Origin: Octopus vulgaris
Lineage: Eukaryota
DNA length: 64,000 nt
NCBI GenBank assembly: GCA_951406725.2
Contig: OX597824.1
Coordinates: 85,002,001-85,066,000 of the forward strand
Direction: 5' to 3'
Made by a program: the position numbers and the translations under genes. Positions within the stretch are counted from its first letter, which is position 1, and every line of letters starts with the position of its first letter. Shown here one piece after another: positions 14,069-27,000 of this stretch. The notes under the pieces are model-generated. The model did not search any database and had not been told where the DNA came from. It saw only the letters and a list, made by a program, of their open reading frames with translations.

Positions 14069-14525
14069 AGGTGGCGAGAAGGCAGAAATGTTAGCGCGCC
14101 GAGCAAAATGCTTAGCGGTATTTCATCTGACTCTACATTCTGAGTTCAAATTCCGCCGAGGTCGACTTTGCCTTTCATCCTTTCGGGGGTCGATTAAATA
14201 AGTACCAGTTACACACTGGGGTCAATATAATCGACTTAATCCATTTGTTTGTCCTTGTTTGTCCCCTCTGTGTTTAGCCCCTTGTGGGTAGTAAAGAAAT
14301 AGGTATTTCGTCTGCCGTTATGTTCTGAGTTCAAATTCCGCCAAGGTTGACTCTGCCTTTCATCCTTTCGGGGTCGATAAATTAAGTACCAGTTAGGCAC
14401 TGGCATCAATGTAATCAACTTAATCCCTTGTTTGTCCCCTCTATGTCCGTCCTTGTTTGTCCCCTCTATGTCTGTCCTTGTTTGTCCCCTCTATGTTTAG
14501 CCTCTTGTGGGCAATAAAGAAATAG
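14069..14525 (+). mobile_element. SINE family B, tandem array
   Basis: Full copy followed by a head-truncated copy starting ggtatttcgtctgcc. Confidence 0.85.
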
Positions 14526-16801
14526 GAAGTAAATTCCACTGTGAAACAGTTCTGGGTATGAAGGATTGCTGAAAGGATTGGCTTATAGCAAAGGAAAGGG
14601 TGGCTGGTGATTGTTGCCATTGAGTGACTGTGATTGAGTAACTTAAACAGCCTCAGTCCCATGATATCAAAGAAGTCAGTCAACACTTGGAAGCAACTGA
14701 CAGATTTTTCACTCAAAATATATCATGTTTCTGTCTAGTGTTGTACAGTTGACAATGATGTAGTTATGTGATTAGTTATATGAAGGTTCTGTCAATGAAT
14801 ATAGGTGAGAAAAAGAGAGGTGTAAGAATGAAAGAATGGTTGTTAAAAATAAGTGGGACAAAGCTAATGAGATTGGTTGGACAAGGACTATTGTAATAAC
14901 TTAATCTACACTAAATAACACATTGGACGTAACCTTTCAAAGTACTGGAATGCTTCGATATACAAGTTAATTTGTTTACAGAGACCGCTTCTAAAGCAAA
15001 AACTTATAAAGAGAGCAATAATTTCCCATAGTAGCAAAGTTATAAATTGTAATTTGTTCTTTGTTCCCAGAAAAATATTTTACCTATAAAATTTATAATA
15101 TAGGCGTAGGAGTGGCTGTGTGGTAAGTAGCTTGCTTACTGACCACATGGTTCCAGGTTCAGTCTCACTGCATGGCACCTTGGGCAAGTGTCTTCTACTT
15201 TAGCCTTGGGCTGACCGAAGCCTTGTGAGTGGATTTGGTAGATGGAAACTGAAAGAAGCCCGTCGTATATATGTATATGTATATATGTGTGTTTGTGTGT
15301 CTGTGTTTGTTTTATGAAGTCACTTTCCTTCCTTATTCAATGAAGCTACTAAATGTTCTCAGTAAACTTCTTTTCTTTCTACATATTCTAAAATGAAGAT
15401 ATGTAGCTTAGTGGTTAAGCTATTTGGTTCATGATCATAAGGTCATGAGTTTGATTCCCAGCAGCATGTTGTATCCTTGATTAAGACACTTCATTTCACA
15501 TTGCTGCTGTTCACTCACCTGGTAAAAATCAGTTGTACCCGTATTTCAAAGGGCCAGTCTTGTCACATTCCAAGTCATGATGAATCTCCCTGAGAACTAT
15601 GTTAAGAGTATGCATGTCTGTGGAGTGCTCAGCCACTTGCTTGTTAATTTCATGAGCAGTCAACTGGAACCCTCTTCATTGTAACCAAGTCAACTGGAAC
15701 TCTCTTCATTGTAACCAACAGTGGTGTCAGTCAGACATATTTTAAGTCCTAAATCTGAAGAAGATGGAGACGGGTCACCATCAATAAAAAACTAATTAGT
15801 TATTGCTATCATATCTTCCTGATGGAAATTAGTTTGTTAAATATTCATGCTTCTATAACTTTTGAAAGTTAATTTCAAATAGATGTATTTTTCATATGTA
15901 ATTATAATTTATATTATTTATTAAAATAAATCTGTTTCTTTACTCAACAATGTTTGCAAATCCAGAACATTGGATCTGTAGTTTACTCCGAAGCAATTGA
16001 TCTACTTTAACTGATACCTCATGCCTCCAGTTTCTTACAGTAAAGCAGATGAGAGATAAGTCTCCCTTCAAATTAGATATCATTTGATGTAGGTAATATT
16101 TCCTGGTGATCTGGTTTGTATTCCTCCTCACAGCTAGGTGAGCTGAACTGATATATAAAAATGTTCTGCTAAGAAACAACAAAAATTGCCTGCAATGGAT
16201 ATTGAACTCAAAATGTTTGGGCTGGTAGTTTAGTACCATATCCAATCAACCATTTGAACCTCTAAGCTGAAAGACAAATAAGAATTTCTGTGACCTCATA
16301 CTGGGATCAAATCCGCTTTGCCAATAACTTCAATTACCATCCCATCCTATTAAGTTTGTACTGATATCCTTTCTATATTCTATTTAATATTTCTGAAAGG
16401 AATCTAAATTGATCTGCAATTGATTTTTTCCCCCCTTTTCTTCTTTCTTTCCTCGTCTCTTTGATTGTGTTGAACTGAAGTAGGTGTATTGATTGCCAGC
16501 GACTACAACAGGCTTAGCTTATCTTACCTGTTGTTGGTGTAAATAACTTCTGTACATCCTCCGACGTATAAAAAAAAGAAGTAAAGTTCCACTGAAGTGT
16601 AAGAGACAGCTGTTTGTGCATTGTGGTCTCTACTAGTCTCATTGCAGCTTACTGCCTTGTAACTATTTAATTATCCATGTACAGTCAATTCAGTATGACA
16701 GCTCTTCTGTTAATGAAAACGATGATAACGCTGATGACAATGATGATAATGATGTTAATAATAACAATACTACTACTAACAACTCTGCAAATATATAAAT
16801 A

Positions 16802-17203
16802 CTAGCAGTATCGCCCGGCGTTGCTCGGGTTTGTAAGGGAAATAACTATATAAGCATTTTTAGAGAGTTATAGCCAAAAAATAGCAAAAAATGCATTAAA
16901 AATGGAAAAAAAATGATGGTAAATTTTTTTTTAAATCGTTGACTCATCGTAGACATTTTTAGAGGGTTACTTCCCTTATATAATAGCGAAAAAAATGCAT
17001 TAAAATAGAAAAAAAATGATGGTAAATTTTTTTTTAAATCGTAGACTCATCGTAGACACGCGCTAATACCCAGAAGGGCTCGATATGAATCATGACTATA
17101 AGATACCCGGTTTTGGTTAAACTGCACCGCAAAATGTGGGAGTAGTTAGGAATCTAAATCGTAGGAGACAGACAGCACACAACCTCTCTTTTATATATAA
17201 AGA
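16802..17203 (-). mobile_element. Non-autonomous Helitron
   Basis: Minus strand A|TCTTTATATATAAAA ... CCCGAGCAACGCCGGG hairpin ... CTAG|T: TC start, subterminal hairpin, CTAG end, AT target. Confidence 0.8.
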
Positions 17204-17476
17204 TGTCCATGCATAAAGGAACCACCATTCATCAAACAAAACATACAAAAACAAAATCCTCTGTGTATGCTTTGATGATGTAGCAGATTAATGCAGTACT
17301 GTGAATATTACTTAACTTTTTACTGGCTTCACTCATTGGACTACAGCCATACTGGAGCGTCATCTACAAATATATTTTGTTTTATTGATCCTCATTTATC
17401 AAATAAGTTTACCAAAGCTACCTCATTTCTAGAGAGTTACTATTTCATGGCAGTTTCTTTTATGAATGAAAATACA

Positions 17477-18082
17477 TATTTCTTTACTACCCACAAGGGG
17501 CTAAACACAGAGAGGACAAACAAGGACAGAGAAATGGATTAAGTTGATTACATCGACTCCAGTGATTAACTGGTACTTATTTAATTGACCCCGAAAGGAT
17601 GAAAGGCAAAGTCGACCTCGGCGAAATTTGAACTCAGATCGTAACGGCAGATGAAATACCTATTTCTTTACTACCCACAAGGGGCTAAACACAGAGAGGA
17701 CAAACAAGGACAGACAAACGAATTAAGTCGATTATGTCGACTCCAGTGATTAACTGGTACTTATTTAATCGACCTCGAAAGGATGGAGGGCAAAGTCGAC
17801 CTCGTCGAAATTTGAACTCAGAACGTAAAATCAGACGAAATACCTATTTCTATTTCTTTACTACCCACAAGGGGCTAAACACAGAGGGGACAAACAAGGA
17901 CAGACAAACGGATTAAGTCGATTACATCGACCCCAGTGCGTAACTGGTACTTAATTTATCGAACCCGAAAAGATGAAAGGCAAAGTTGACCTCAGCGGAA
18001 TTTGAACTCAGAACTTAACGGCAGACGAAATACCGCTAAGCATTTCGCCCGGCGTGCTAACGATTCTGCCAGCTCGCCACCT
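17477..18082 (-). mobile_element. SINE family B, triple tandem array
   Basis: Three tail units with one intact head. Confidence 0.85.
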
Positions 18083-18597
18083 TTATGAATGAAAATACAA
18101 CAAAGCATTTGCTTTTGTTCCTTTGTTTAATTTAGAATCTGTTTTATTTTCCATATTAAGCTGCAAAATGAGGGAATTAAAGCAGGATTTTTATAGCCTT
18201 TATAGTTCTTCCTGCTAAGCAACCCATAACTGTCTTTCATGTAGGAAATATACACTTGTACATGCAAATATAATTTATATGTAATTAATAACAACAAAAG
18301 CAGTATTGATGTCAAAAGTTAATCTTGATCTCCGGCAATATAGAATACTGTGCCATTTACCTTGAGAGGATCTTTCATAAGGACTCATCACTACCATTTA
18401 ATATCTGTTGCCCATGCTGGCATGGGTTGAACGGTTTGACCAGGGGTGGAAGGCTGTACCAGATTCCAGTCTCTTTCAGCATGGTTTCTATAGCTGGATG
18501 CCCTTCCTAACACCAACCTCTCTGAGAGGGTAATGAGTGTGTTTATGTGCCACTGGTATCTGCCATGACTGTGGTTTTACTTGGCCTGATGGATCTA

Positions 18598-18757
18598 GTG
18601 GCTGTGTGGTAAGAAGCTTGCTTCCCAACCACATGGTTCCGGGTTCAGTCCCACTGTGTGGCAACTTGGGCAAGTGTCTTCTACTATAGCCCTGGGCTGA
18701 CCAAAGCCTTGTGATTGGATTTGGTGGACAGAAACTGGAAGAAGCTCATCATATATG

Positions 18758-18831
<74 letters not shown>

Positions 18832-19035
18832 TGTTTGTTCCCACTCATTGCTTGACATCTGGTGTTGGTGTGTTTACGTCTTTGTGACTTAGTGGGTCAG
18901 CAAAGAGACTGATAGAATAAGTACTAGGCTTAAAAATAAGTCCTGGGGTCGAACTGTTTGACAAAAAGCATTTCAAGGCAGTGCTCCGGCATGACCACAG
19001 TCAAAGGACTGAAACCAGTAAAAAAAGAAAAGAAA
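18598..19035 (+). mobile_element. SINE family A
   Basis: Full-length family match. Confidence 0.8.
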
Positions 19036-20349
19036 AGATATATTGATATGTAATAATAATAATAATCATCATCATCATCATTTAACGTCAGCCTTCCATG
19101 CTAGCATGGGTGGGACAGCTTGGCAAGAGCTGACCAGGCAGAAGCCTGCACCAGACTTCTGTAAATGCTATGGCAGGATTTTTACAGCTGGATGCCCTTC
19201 CTAACACAAACCATTTAGCAGATTGGACTTAGTACTTTTTACGTGGCACAAGCACAGGTGAGGTCAGTTTTGGCAAGGTTTTTACAGCTGGATGCCCTTC
19301 CAAATGCCAACCACTTTACAATGTGGGCTGGGCGCTTTTAAGTGGCACCTGTACTGACACGGTCACCAAGTACTTGCAAGACAAAAAAAAAATACTTATG
19401 AGAGGGGTGGGGGCATCGGGGGAGGTGAGCTTGTGTTGGATGGTGAAAGATTATAGTGAGGCAAAGAGTCAGAAATGGGTGTCTTGCTGTAGACGAGGTA
19501 CAAGGTTACCTGGCTGGAGATAGATAGATAGAGAGACAGAGAGAGAGAGAAATCAGGAATGAAGACAGAAACGTGCTTGTGCCACAAAGGAATTACATGG
19601 TTACCCAACATGAAGGAAGTGCAAGAGAAGGAGAGTAAGAGGGAAACAGCAAGATAGAGATGGTGGCATAGTGCCAGGCATAGGCAACGACACAGTGAGA
19701 GATGGGCGTGGGTGGAACACACAGGTTGGGAGCTAGCAGATAGCAATGATACAGTGGCAGCTGAGGTTGACTTTGCTTTTCATTCTTTTGGGGTTCATAA
19801 AATAAGTACCAGTTGAGCAATGGGGTTGATGTAATCGACCCACCCCCTCCCCTGAAATTGCTGGCCTTGTGTTGAAAATTTGCTGCTAACATTTGTGTGT
19901 AGCAAAATGATAAACCGTATTTTTCAAGAAAACTCAAGCATTAAGAATGGATTTCCTAAAGCCTTGAATTATATTTTAAATGTCAATGACATGACACGTT
20001 GAGACATCTCTTGAGATATATCATTTGACAACGCCTAACGTATGAACATAACTTAGCATAATTAATTATTCATAATCCATGTACTACTAGTACTCTAGTA
20101 ATCAGTTCGTTAGCCTGTTTACTTGTACTAGTATGTAAATGAGTTGAGCCATTGCATAGTTTTTCTTATGCTTTTAGTAAGTAACCTCAGGCTGCTTTAT
20201 TTGTTTGCCAGGGGTGAATGAATCCTGATGGCTTGTTAAATAAAACCACTCAGTTCAGGTTATATTCCAGGTTACTAGAAAGGCACTCATAGGTCTTATT
20301 CCACAACAATAAGAGAAAAAAATAGCTATGAAACTGACTTTGTATAGTT

Positions 20350-20572
20350 ACTCTTTTACTCTTTTCAGTGATTTTGACTGTGGTCATGCTGGAGCACCGC
20401 CTTTTAGTCATGCAAATCGACCCCAGGACTTATTCTTTGTAAGCCTAGTACTTATTCTATCAGTCTCTTTTGCTGAACCACTAAGTTACGGGGACGTAAA
20501 CACACCAGCATCAGTTGTCAAGCGATGTTGAGGGGGACAAACACAGACACACAAACATATACATACACATAT

Positions 20573-20637
<65 letters not shown>

Positions 20638-20806
20638 TATACGATGGGCTTCTTTCAGTTTCCGTCTACCAAATCCACTCACAAGGCTTTGATCGGCCCA
20701 AGGCTATAGTAGAAGACACTTGCCCAAGGTGCCACACAGTGGGACTGAACATAGAACCATGTAGTTCGTAAGCAAGCTACTTACCACACAGCCACTCCTG
20801 CACCTA
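20350..20806 (-). mobile_element. SINE family A
   Basis: Full-length family match. Confidence 0.85.
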
Positions 20807-20953
20807 TAGTTATTGATTTAATGTTAATTACTTTGATTCAAAAAGTCAAGTTGCAAAACTAAATTATTTTCAACTTTTAAAAATATTTCTTTTTTTCATT
20901 TCAGAGTGATGTATTTACCAAAATCTGTGACCTGAAATAACTAATCTTCCAGG

Positions 20954-21004
20954 ATGTCTTTTAAACGTGATGGAAATGACTATAACTTGTTGAATTCTCA
21001 AAGG
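20954..21004 (+). CDS. SCNM1: SCNM1 coding exon 1 (MSFKRDGNDYNLLNSQR)
   Basis: ATG at 20954; donor AGG|gtacgt. Upstream acceptors ttttcatttcag|(20905) or cttccag|(20953) imply an upstream non-coding exon. Confidence 0.9.
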
Positions 21005-24000
21005 GTACGTGTAAAAGTTTATTATTCTTTTTTTAAATAAAACATTATGAATTTTAGTGATAGGATTTGTTGTTGGACAAAAAAAAAATCATTGGACAAA
21101 AAAACATCAGACGAAAAGACATGAATGAAAAGACGTTTGATGAAGTGATGTCGGACAACAAGACATAGCACCAGATTGAGCTCCTTAGTTACAGTGAAAG
21201 CAATCATTCTTGGAGAAGGAAAACTCCAAAATTCTCGAAGTGGTTGGCATTAGGAGGGGCATCCAGCTGAAGAAACTCTGCCAGATCAAGATTAGAGCCT
21301 GGTGTAGCCAAATTGTTCCCCAGTCCTCAGTCAAATCGTCCAACCCATGCTAGCATGGAAAGCGGACGTTAAACGAACGACGATGATGATGACGATTTTC
21401 TTTCAACATACTCTAAGCCAGCTTGGAAGAGTATGGCTGATGAAACTAACATGAGACATGTTCAGTAGCATGGGTTCATACTACGGAGAGAACATGTTAG
21501 TGTGCATTCTGCCATGGGCAGAGTTAGGAAATGAATGCGAGTACTGAGGTTGATTCATTTGCCTGTACAGCTTCCATACAAACCTTTTGGGTTTGTGCTA
21601 GTGTAGAAAAAAAACAAAGAAAATCCTTAAAATCATTGTTATTATGTCAATTCTATGTTTTGAATTTTTATTATTTTTTTTATTTATGTGCTCTTTCGAA
21701 GCCTAGCCAGGCTCATGGGCCCGGTTTCCGGTTTCTGTGACATATGTGTTCCCTCCAGCTGGACGGGACGCCAGTCCATTGCAGTGTTACTCAAGAAACA
21801 GAAAGAAAGAGTGAGAGAAAGTTTGGGCGAAAGAGTACAACAGGGGTCGCCACCACCCCCTGCCAGAGCCTTATGGAGCTTTAGGTGTTTTCGCTCAATA
21901 AACACACACAACGCCTGGTCTGGGAATCGAAACCATGATCCTCTGACTGCGAGTCCACTGCCCTAACCACTGGGCCATTGCACCTCCACATGTTTTGAAT
22001 TTAGTTACTGTTATTTTTTTTTATTTGTTTCAATCATTTAACTGCGGCACTTGCTCTATCGGTCTCTTTTGCTGAACTGCTAAGTTACAGCATTGGTTTC
22101 AAGTGATGGTGGTGGGGAAGAACAAACACAGACACACAAAAGGTATACATACACATTGTCATCATCATTATCATCATTGTTTAATCTCTGCCTTACATGC
22201 TGGCATGGGTGGTAGACAAGGGGCTTCTTTCAGTTTCCATCTACCAAATCCACTCACAAGGCTTTGGTCGGCCTGAAGCTATAGTGGAAGATACTTGCCC
22301 AAGGTGCCATGCAGTGGGACTGAACCCAGAACCATGCGGCTGGGAAGCAAGCTTCTTACCACACAGCCACACCTGACCTATATACAATTTTGCATTTCAT
22401 TTCTTCAGGGTCAATAAAATAAGTACCTGGAATATACTGGGGTGAATGCAATCACTTATGCTACTCCCTTAATAAACATTCTTCTTTTTTGACAGCGAAG
22501 CAGAGTGAATGAGCTACTTGCTGAGAATATACCTGATGAAGAAGCCCAAATACTCTCTAATGGCAAGTAAGTATTTTCTGTCTGTCTGTCTGTCACACAC
22601 ACACACACACTCACACATTATTATATGTGTATATGTGTGTGTGTTTATGTATATGTAAGCGTAGATTTATTTTTTTTTTGCAATCTACTACCTGCTGATG
22701 GTGTCAAGAAGAATTATGTGCTTCACTGCAAACACCTTTAAACATGAGTATAGCAACATATACACTCCTTAAGGTCAAGGAACAAACAACTCACTATGTC
22801 CTCATTCATTTGGAAACTAAGTGAACATTATGACCAAATCTATCCCATATGTTAATGGGGCAAGAAATTTTACATTAACTTGATTGAAGCATTCCAGATC
22901 CTGAAATACCTTCTGATATTGCTAAACAAGAGATGTGATATATTATCTCTTTGCTGTCATTGAAGAAAATTTATTTTGGAGAACTTTCATCTGTTTTCAT
23001 AACCACCAAAGCCTGCACATTAAAATCAACTCAGCATAGTTTACAATTGTGACGCACACTACCCTCTGCAAAAGCCAGCAGCATCAATATTACCAACAAG
23101 GATGAAACACAAACAACCATTCCTGACTAAGGAAACTGACTTACCTACCAATGCAACCATTCATCCCAAATGTTTTATGTCTATTTTTCTATGCTGGCAT
23201 GGATTAGCTGAGTGTCACAGTTTCTCATTACTTGTCATGATCTGTGCCCTTTGGCATTAAAAAAAAACAAACTCTCTTTACTCTTTTACTTGTTTCAGTC
23301 ATTTGACTGTGGCCATGCTGGAGCACCACCTTTAGTCGGGCAAATCGACCCCAGGACTTATTCTTTGTAAGCCTAGCACTTATTCTATCGGTCTCTTTTG
23401 CCGAACCGCTAAGTTACGGGGAAGTAAATGCACCAGCATCGGTTGTCAAGTCATGCTGGGGGGACAAACACAGACACACAAACATACACACGCACACACA
23501 CACATATATACGATGGGCTTCTTTCGATTTCCGTCTACCAAATCCACTCACAAGGATTTGGTCGGCCCGAGGCTATAGTAGAAGACACTTGCCCAAGGTG
23601 CCACGCAGTGGGACTGAACCCAGAACCATGTGGTTGGTAAACAAGCTACTTACCACACAGCCTATAACTGATTAACTTTTTTGTTAAATCTGTCTTATAG
23701 TGAGAACAGGTTGCATTTTATCCTGCTATTTGCATGGGAGAGATTGTTCCAAAGGAGAAAACCACAATGTTCTCTCTGTCCTGTATCAGTTCTTATTTGG
23801 GGTCATTGCTCTCCTAGGTGAGAAACCAATGATGTGGCTTGTAGAGTCCATATCTTGTTTGTATGTTCCAGCATTGCTACTGGGATCAACTTTGCCTTCC
23901 ATCCTTTCAAGGTCAACAAAATATGAACCGGTTGAGCACTGAAGTCAATTTAATTGACTTATAATCCCACTAAAATTGCTGGCCTTGTGCTAAAAATTTG

Positions 24001-27000
24001 AAACCAATATTTATGATTTAATGATAGTACCATTCCTGTTGAGGGTGAGTTGACTGCTACACTAAGCATAAGTGACACATGTTTCCTATGGGTGTCAGCA
24101 ATATAAATAATTGGCATCTGGTCACCAGAGAATTACTGTGTTGTCCTGTGGTATTTATACACATAAAAGTACTTTTGTCTCTCAAGATCACTCACAAACT
24201 TTTCTACAAAGCTTTTTACTGATTACAATACTTAAGTTAATGACATATCTAATGCAATAAACATCAACAATTTAATTAGGAATTATCTCATGGTTTAAAA
24301 AAAAAAATTTGCTCAATGATTAATATTATTTTGATAATTATGGCATATAGGTGAGATAATGTTAGATATCACCAGTTGTGTATCATACTAAATGTATACA
24401 AATCGAAATCGATCAAAAATCAATGAAAATTGTAGTTGTGATACCAGTGCCAGTGGGATGTAAAAAAATCCATCCGAACGTGGCTGTTGCCAACGCCACC
24501 TCAACTGGCCTCTATGCCGGTGGAACGTAAAAAGCACCAACTGATCGTGGCCGTTGCCAGTGCCGCCTCAACTGGCCTCTGTGCTGGTGGCACGTAAAAA
24601 GCACCAACCGATCGTGGCCGTTGCCAGCCTCGTCTGGCACGTAAAAAGCACCCACTACACTTATGGAGTGGTTGGTGTTAGGAAGGGCATCTGGCTGTAG
24701 AAACTCTGCCAAATCAGACTGGTGCCTGGTGCAGCCTTCTGGCTTCCCAGACCCTGGTCGAACCGTCCAACCCATGCTAGCATGGAAAATGGACATTAAA
24801 CGATGATGATGATGATGAGCATTAGAAGGGATGATGCTGTGGAATTTGTCTGAGATAAAATCTCATCATAGACTGCTAAAAAACACAATATATCTCAGAG
24901 CAAGGTGCTGCAATGACTCATGGGAATGACAGCTGCATTTAACCTTTGTTGAAGCTTGTTAATGTCATGCATGCAATTTGTCACCTAATTAAATAAAATT
25001 TATGCTTCCGTGGCCATTCGCCAGCCTTGTCTGGCACCTGTGTCGGTGGCACATAAAAAACACCATCCGAGCATGGCCGTCTGCCAGCCTTGTCTGGCAC
25101 CTGTGTCGGTGGCACATAGAAAACACCATCCGAGCGTGGCCATCTGCCAGCCTCGTCTGGCACCTGTGTCGGTGGCACATAAAAAACACCATCCGAGCAT
25201 GGCCGTTCGCCAGCCTCGTCTGGCACCTGTGTTGGTGGCACATAAAATCACCCACTACACTCTCGGAGTGGTTGGCGTTAGGAAGGGCATCCAGCTGTAG
25301 AAACACTGCCAGATCTGACTGGCCTGGTGGAGCCTTCGGGCTACCCAGACCCCAGTTGAACCGTCCAACCCATGCTAGCATGGAAAACAGACGTTAAACG
25401 AGGATGATGATGATGATCATTAGAAGGGATGATGCTGTGGAATTTGTCTGAGATAAAATCTCATCATAGACTTGTGCTAAAAAGCACAATATATCTCAGA
25501 GCAAGGTGCTGCAATGACACACAGGAATGACAGCTGCATTTAACCTTTGTTGAAGCTTGTTAATGTCATGCATTCAATTTGTCACCTAATTAAATAAAAT
25601 TTATGCTTCAACATATAGGAAACAGCGAATAAAGTATTCACTGGTATTGTTGAAGCTTACTGAGCCGTAGAAAAATACTTAGTGTCTGCAATTGAAACAG
25701 CATTAAATAAAAATTGTCATCTGTGTACCATGCTAAAATGTATACACACTGTTAGAAGCCATTAGATATATTTCAGTCTTGATAGACTGATTCAGCAAAG
25801 TATAGACTTCACCATATTGATCAAAATAGGGATGAGAGAATCATTAAATAGATGTTCAATATTATACATGAACAAGTGTGGAAAATTAGCAAATTTGAAA
25901 AATAAATCGTTGAAGTTAATTGTTCAGCTGCAGAAATAATGTCAGTTGTTGAAGTGCTATCATCTCCTCCTCCGCCCCCTCCTCCCCTTTATTACACCTC
26001 CTCCTCCCCCCTCCCCCCTCCTCATCATCATTTTAATATCCATTCTCCCTGCTGGCATGGGTTGGGCAGTTTGATAGGCACTGACCCACCGCAGAGCTGC
26101 ACCAGGCTCCACTTGTCTGCTTTGGCATGGTTTCTATGGCTGGATGCCCTTCCTAACATCAGTCACTTTACAGAGTGTACTGTGTGGTTTTTATGTGGTA
26201 CCAGCACAGGTGTTTTTTATGACACCAGCATGAGTGTTTTTTACATGGTATTGGCACGTGTGCCTTTTACATGGCTCTGGCACAGGTGCTCTGTATGTGA
26301 CACCGGCATGGGTGCTTTTTATGTGGTACCAGCAATTTCTAATTAAATCGCTGATATTTATTACATTAGATATGTTAACATTAACTTAACTAATATTTTT
26401 CCATGTAAATGGCATCTCCGAGTATTTAACCTCAGTGATTTATATTGATTGGAATAGCTGATTCTATCTCCTTCTATATCCAAGACTCACCCTAACTTCT
26501 TGCATTCTAGTCACTGAAGCTCAGAAAACCTGTTGTTGGACTGTTTGTTGTTGTTTGTTCCTTCTCGAGCCATGCCTGGCCCATAAGAGCCAGTTTCCCA
26601 GTTTCTTGGTGTATAGGTTCCCTACCTGGGTGGGACGCCGGTCCGTCACAGGTGAGCTGCAAGATGCAGGAGGAAAGAGTGAGAGAAAGTTGTGGCGAAA
26701 GAGTCAGCAGAAGTTCACCATTACCTTCTGCTGGAGCTGCGTGGAGCTTAGGTGTTTTGCTCATAAACCCACACATCGCCCGGTCTGAGATTCGAACCCG
26801 CGATCCCTTGACCGTGAGTCCGCTGCTCTAACCACTAGGCCATGTGCCTCCACTGTTGTTGGACTGTAAGTGTGTTTCACCCATCTCATACTAGCCCTTG
26901 TTTCTATTTCAGGTTGTCATGTACTGTGTGTCATTACAGACCTGTGTTTGACACTCTGAATATTTTGCAGTGCCATCGACAAGGAAGAAAACATCTTGAA

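Noticed and set aside
22464-22495. CCCTTAAT resembling a U12 branch site before SCNM1 exon 2
   Set aside because: The matching donor is gtacgt, not GTATCCTT, so the intron is U2-type.
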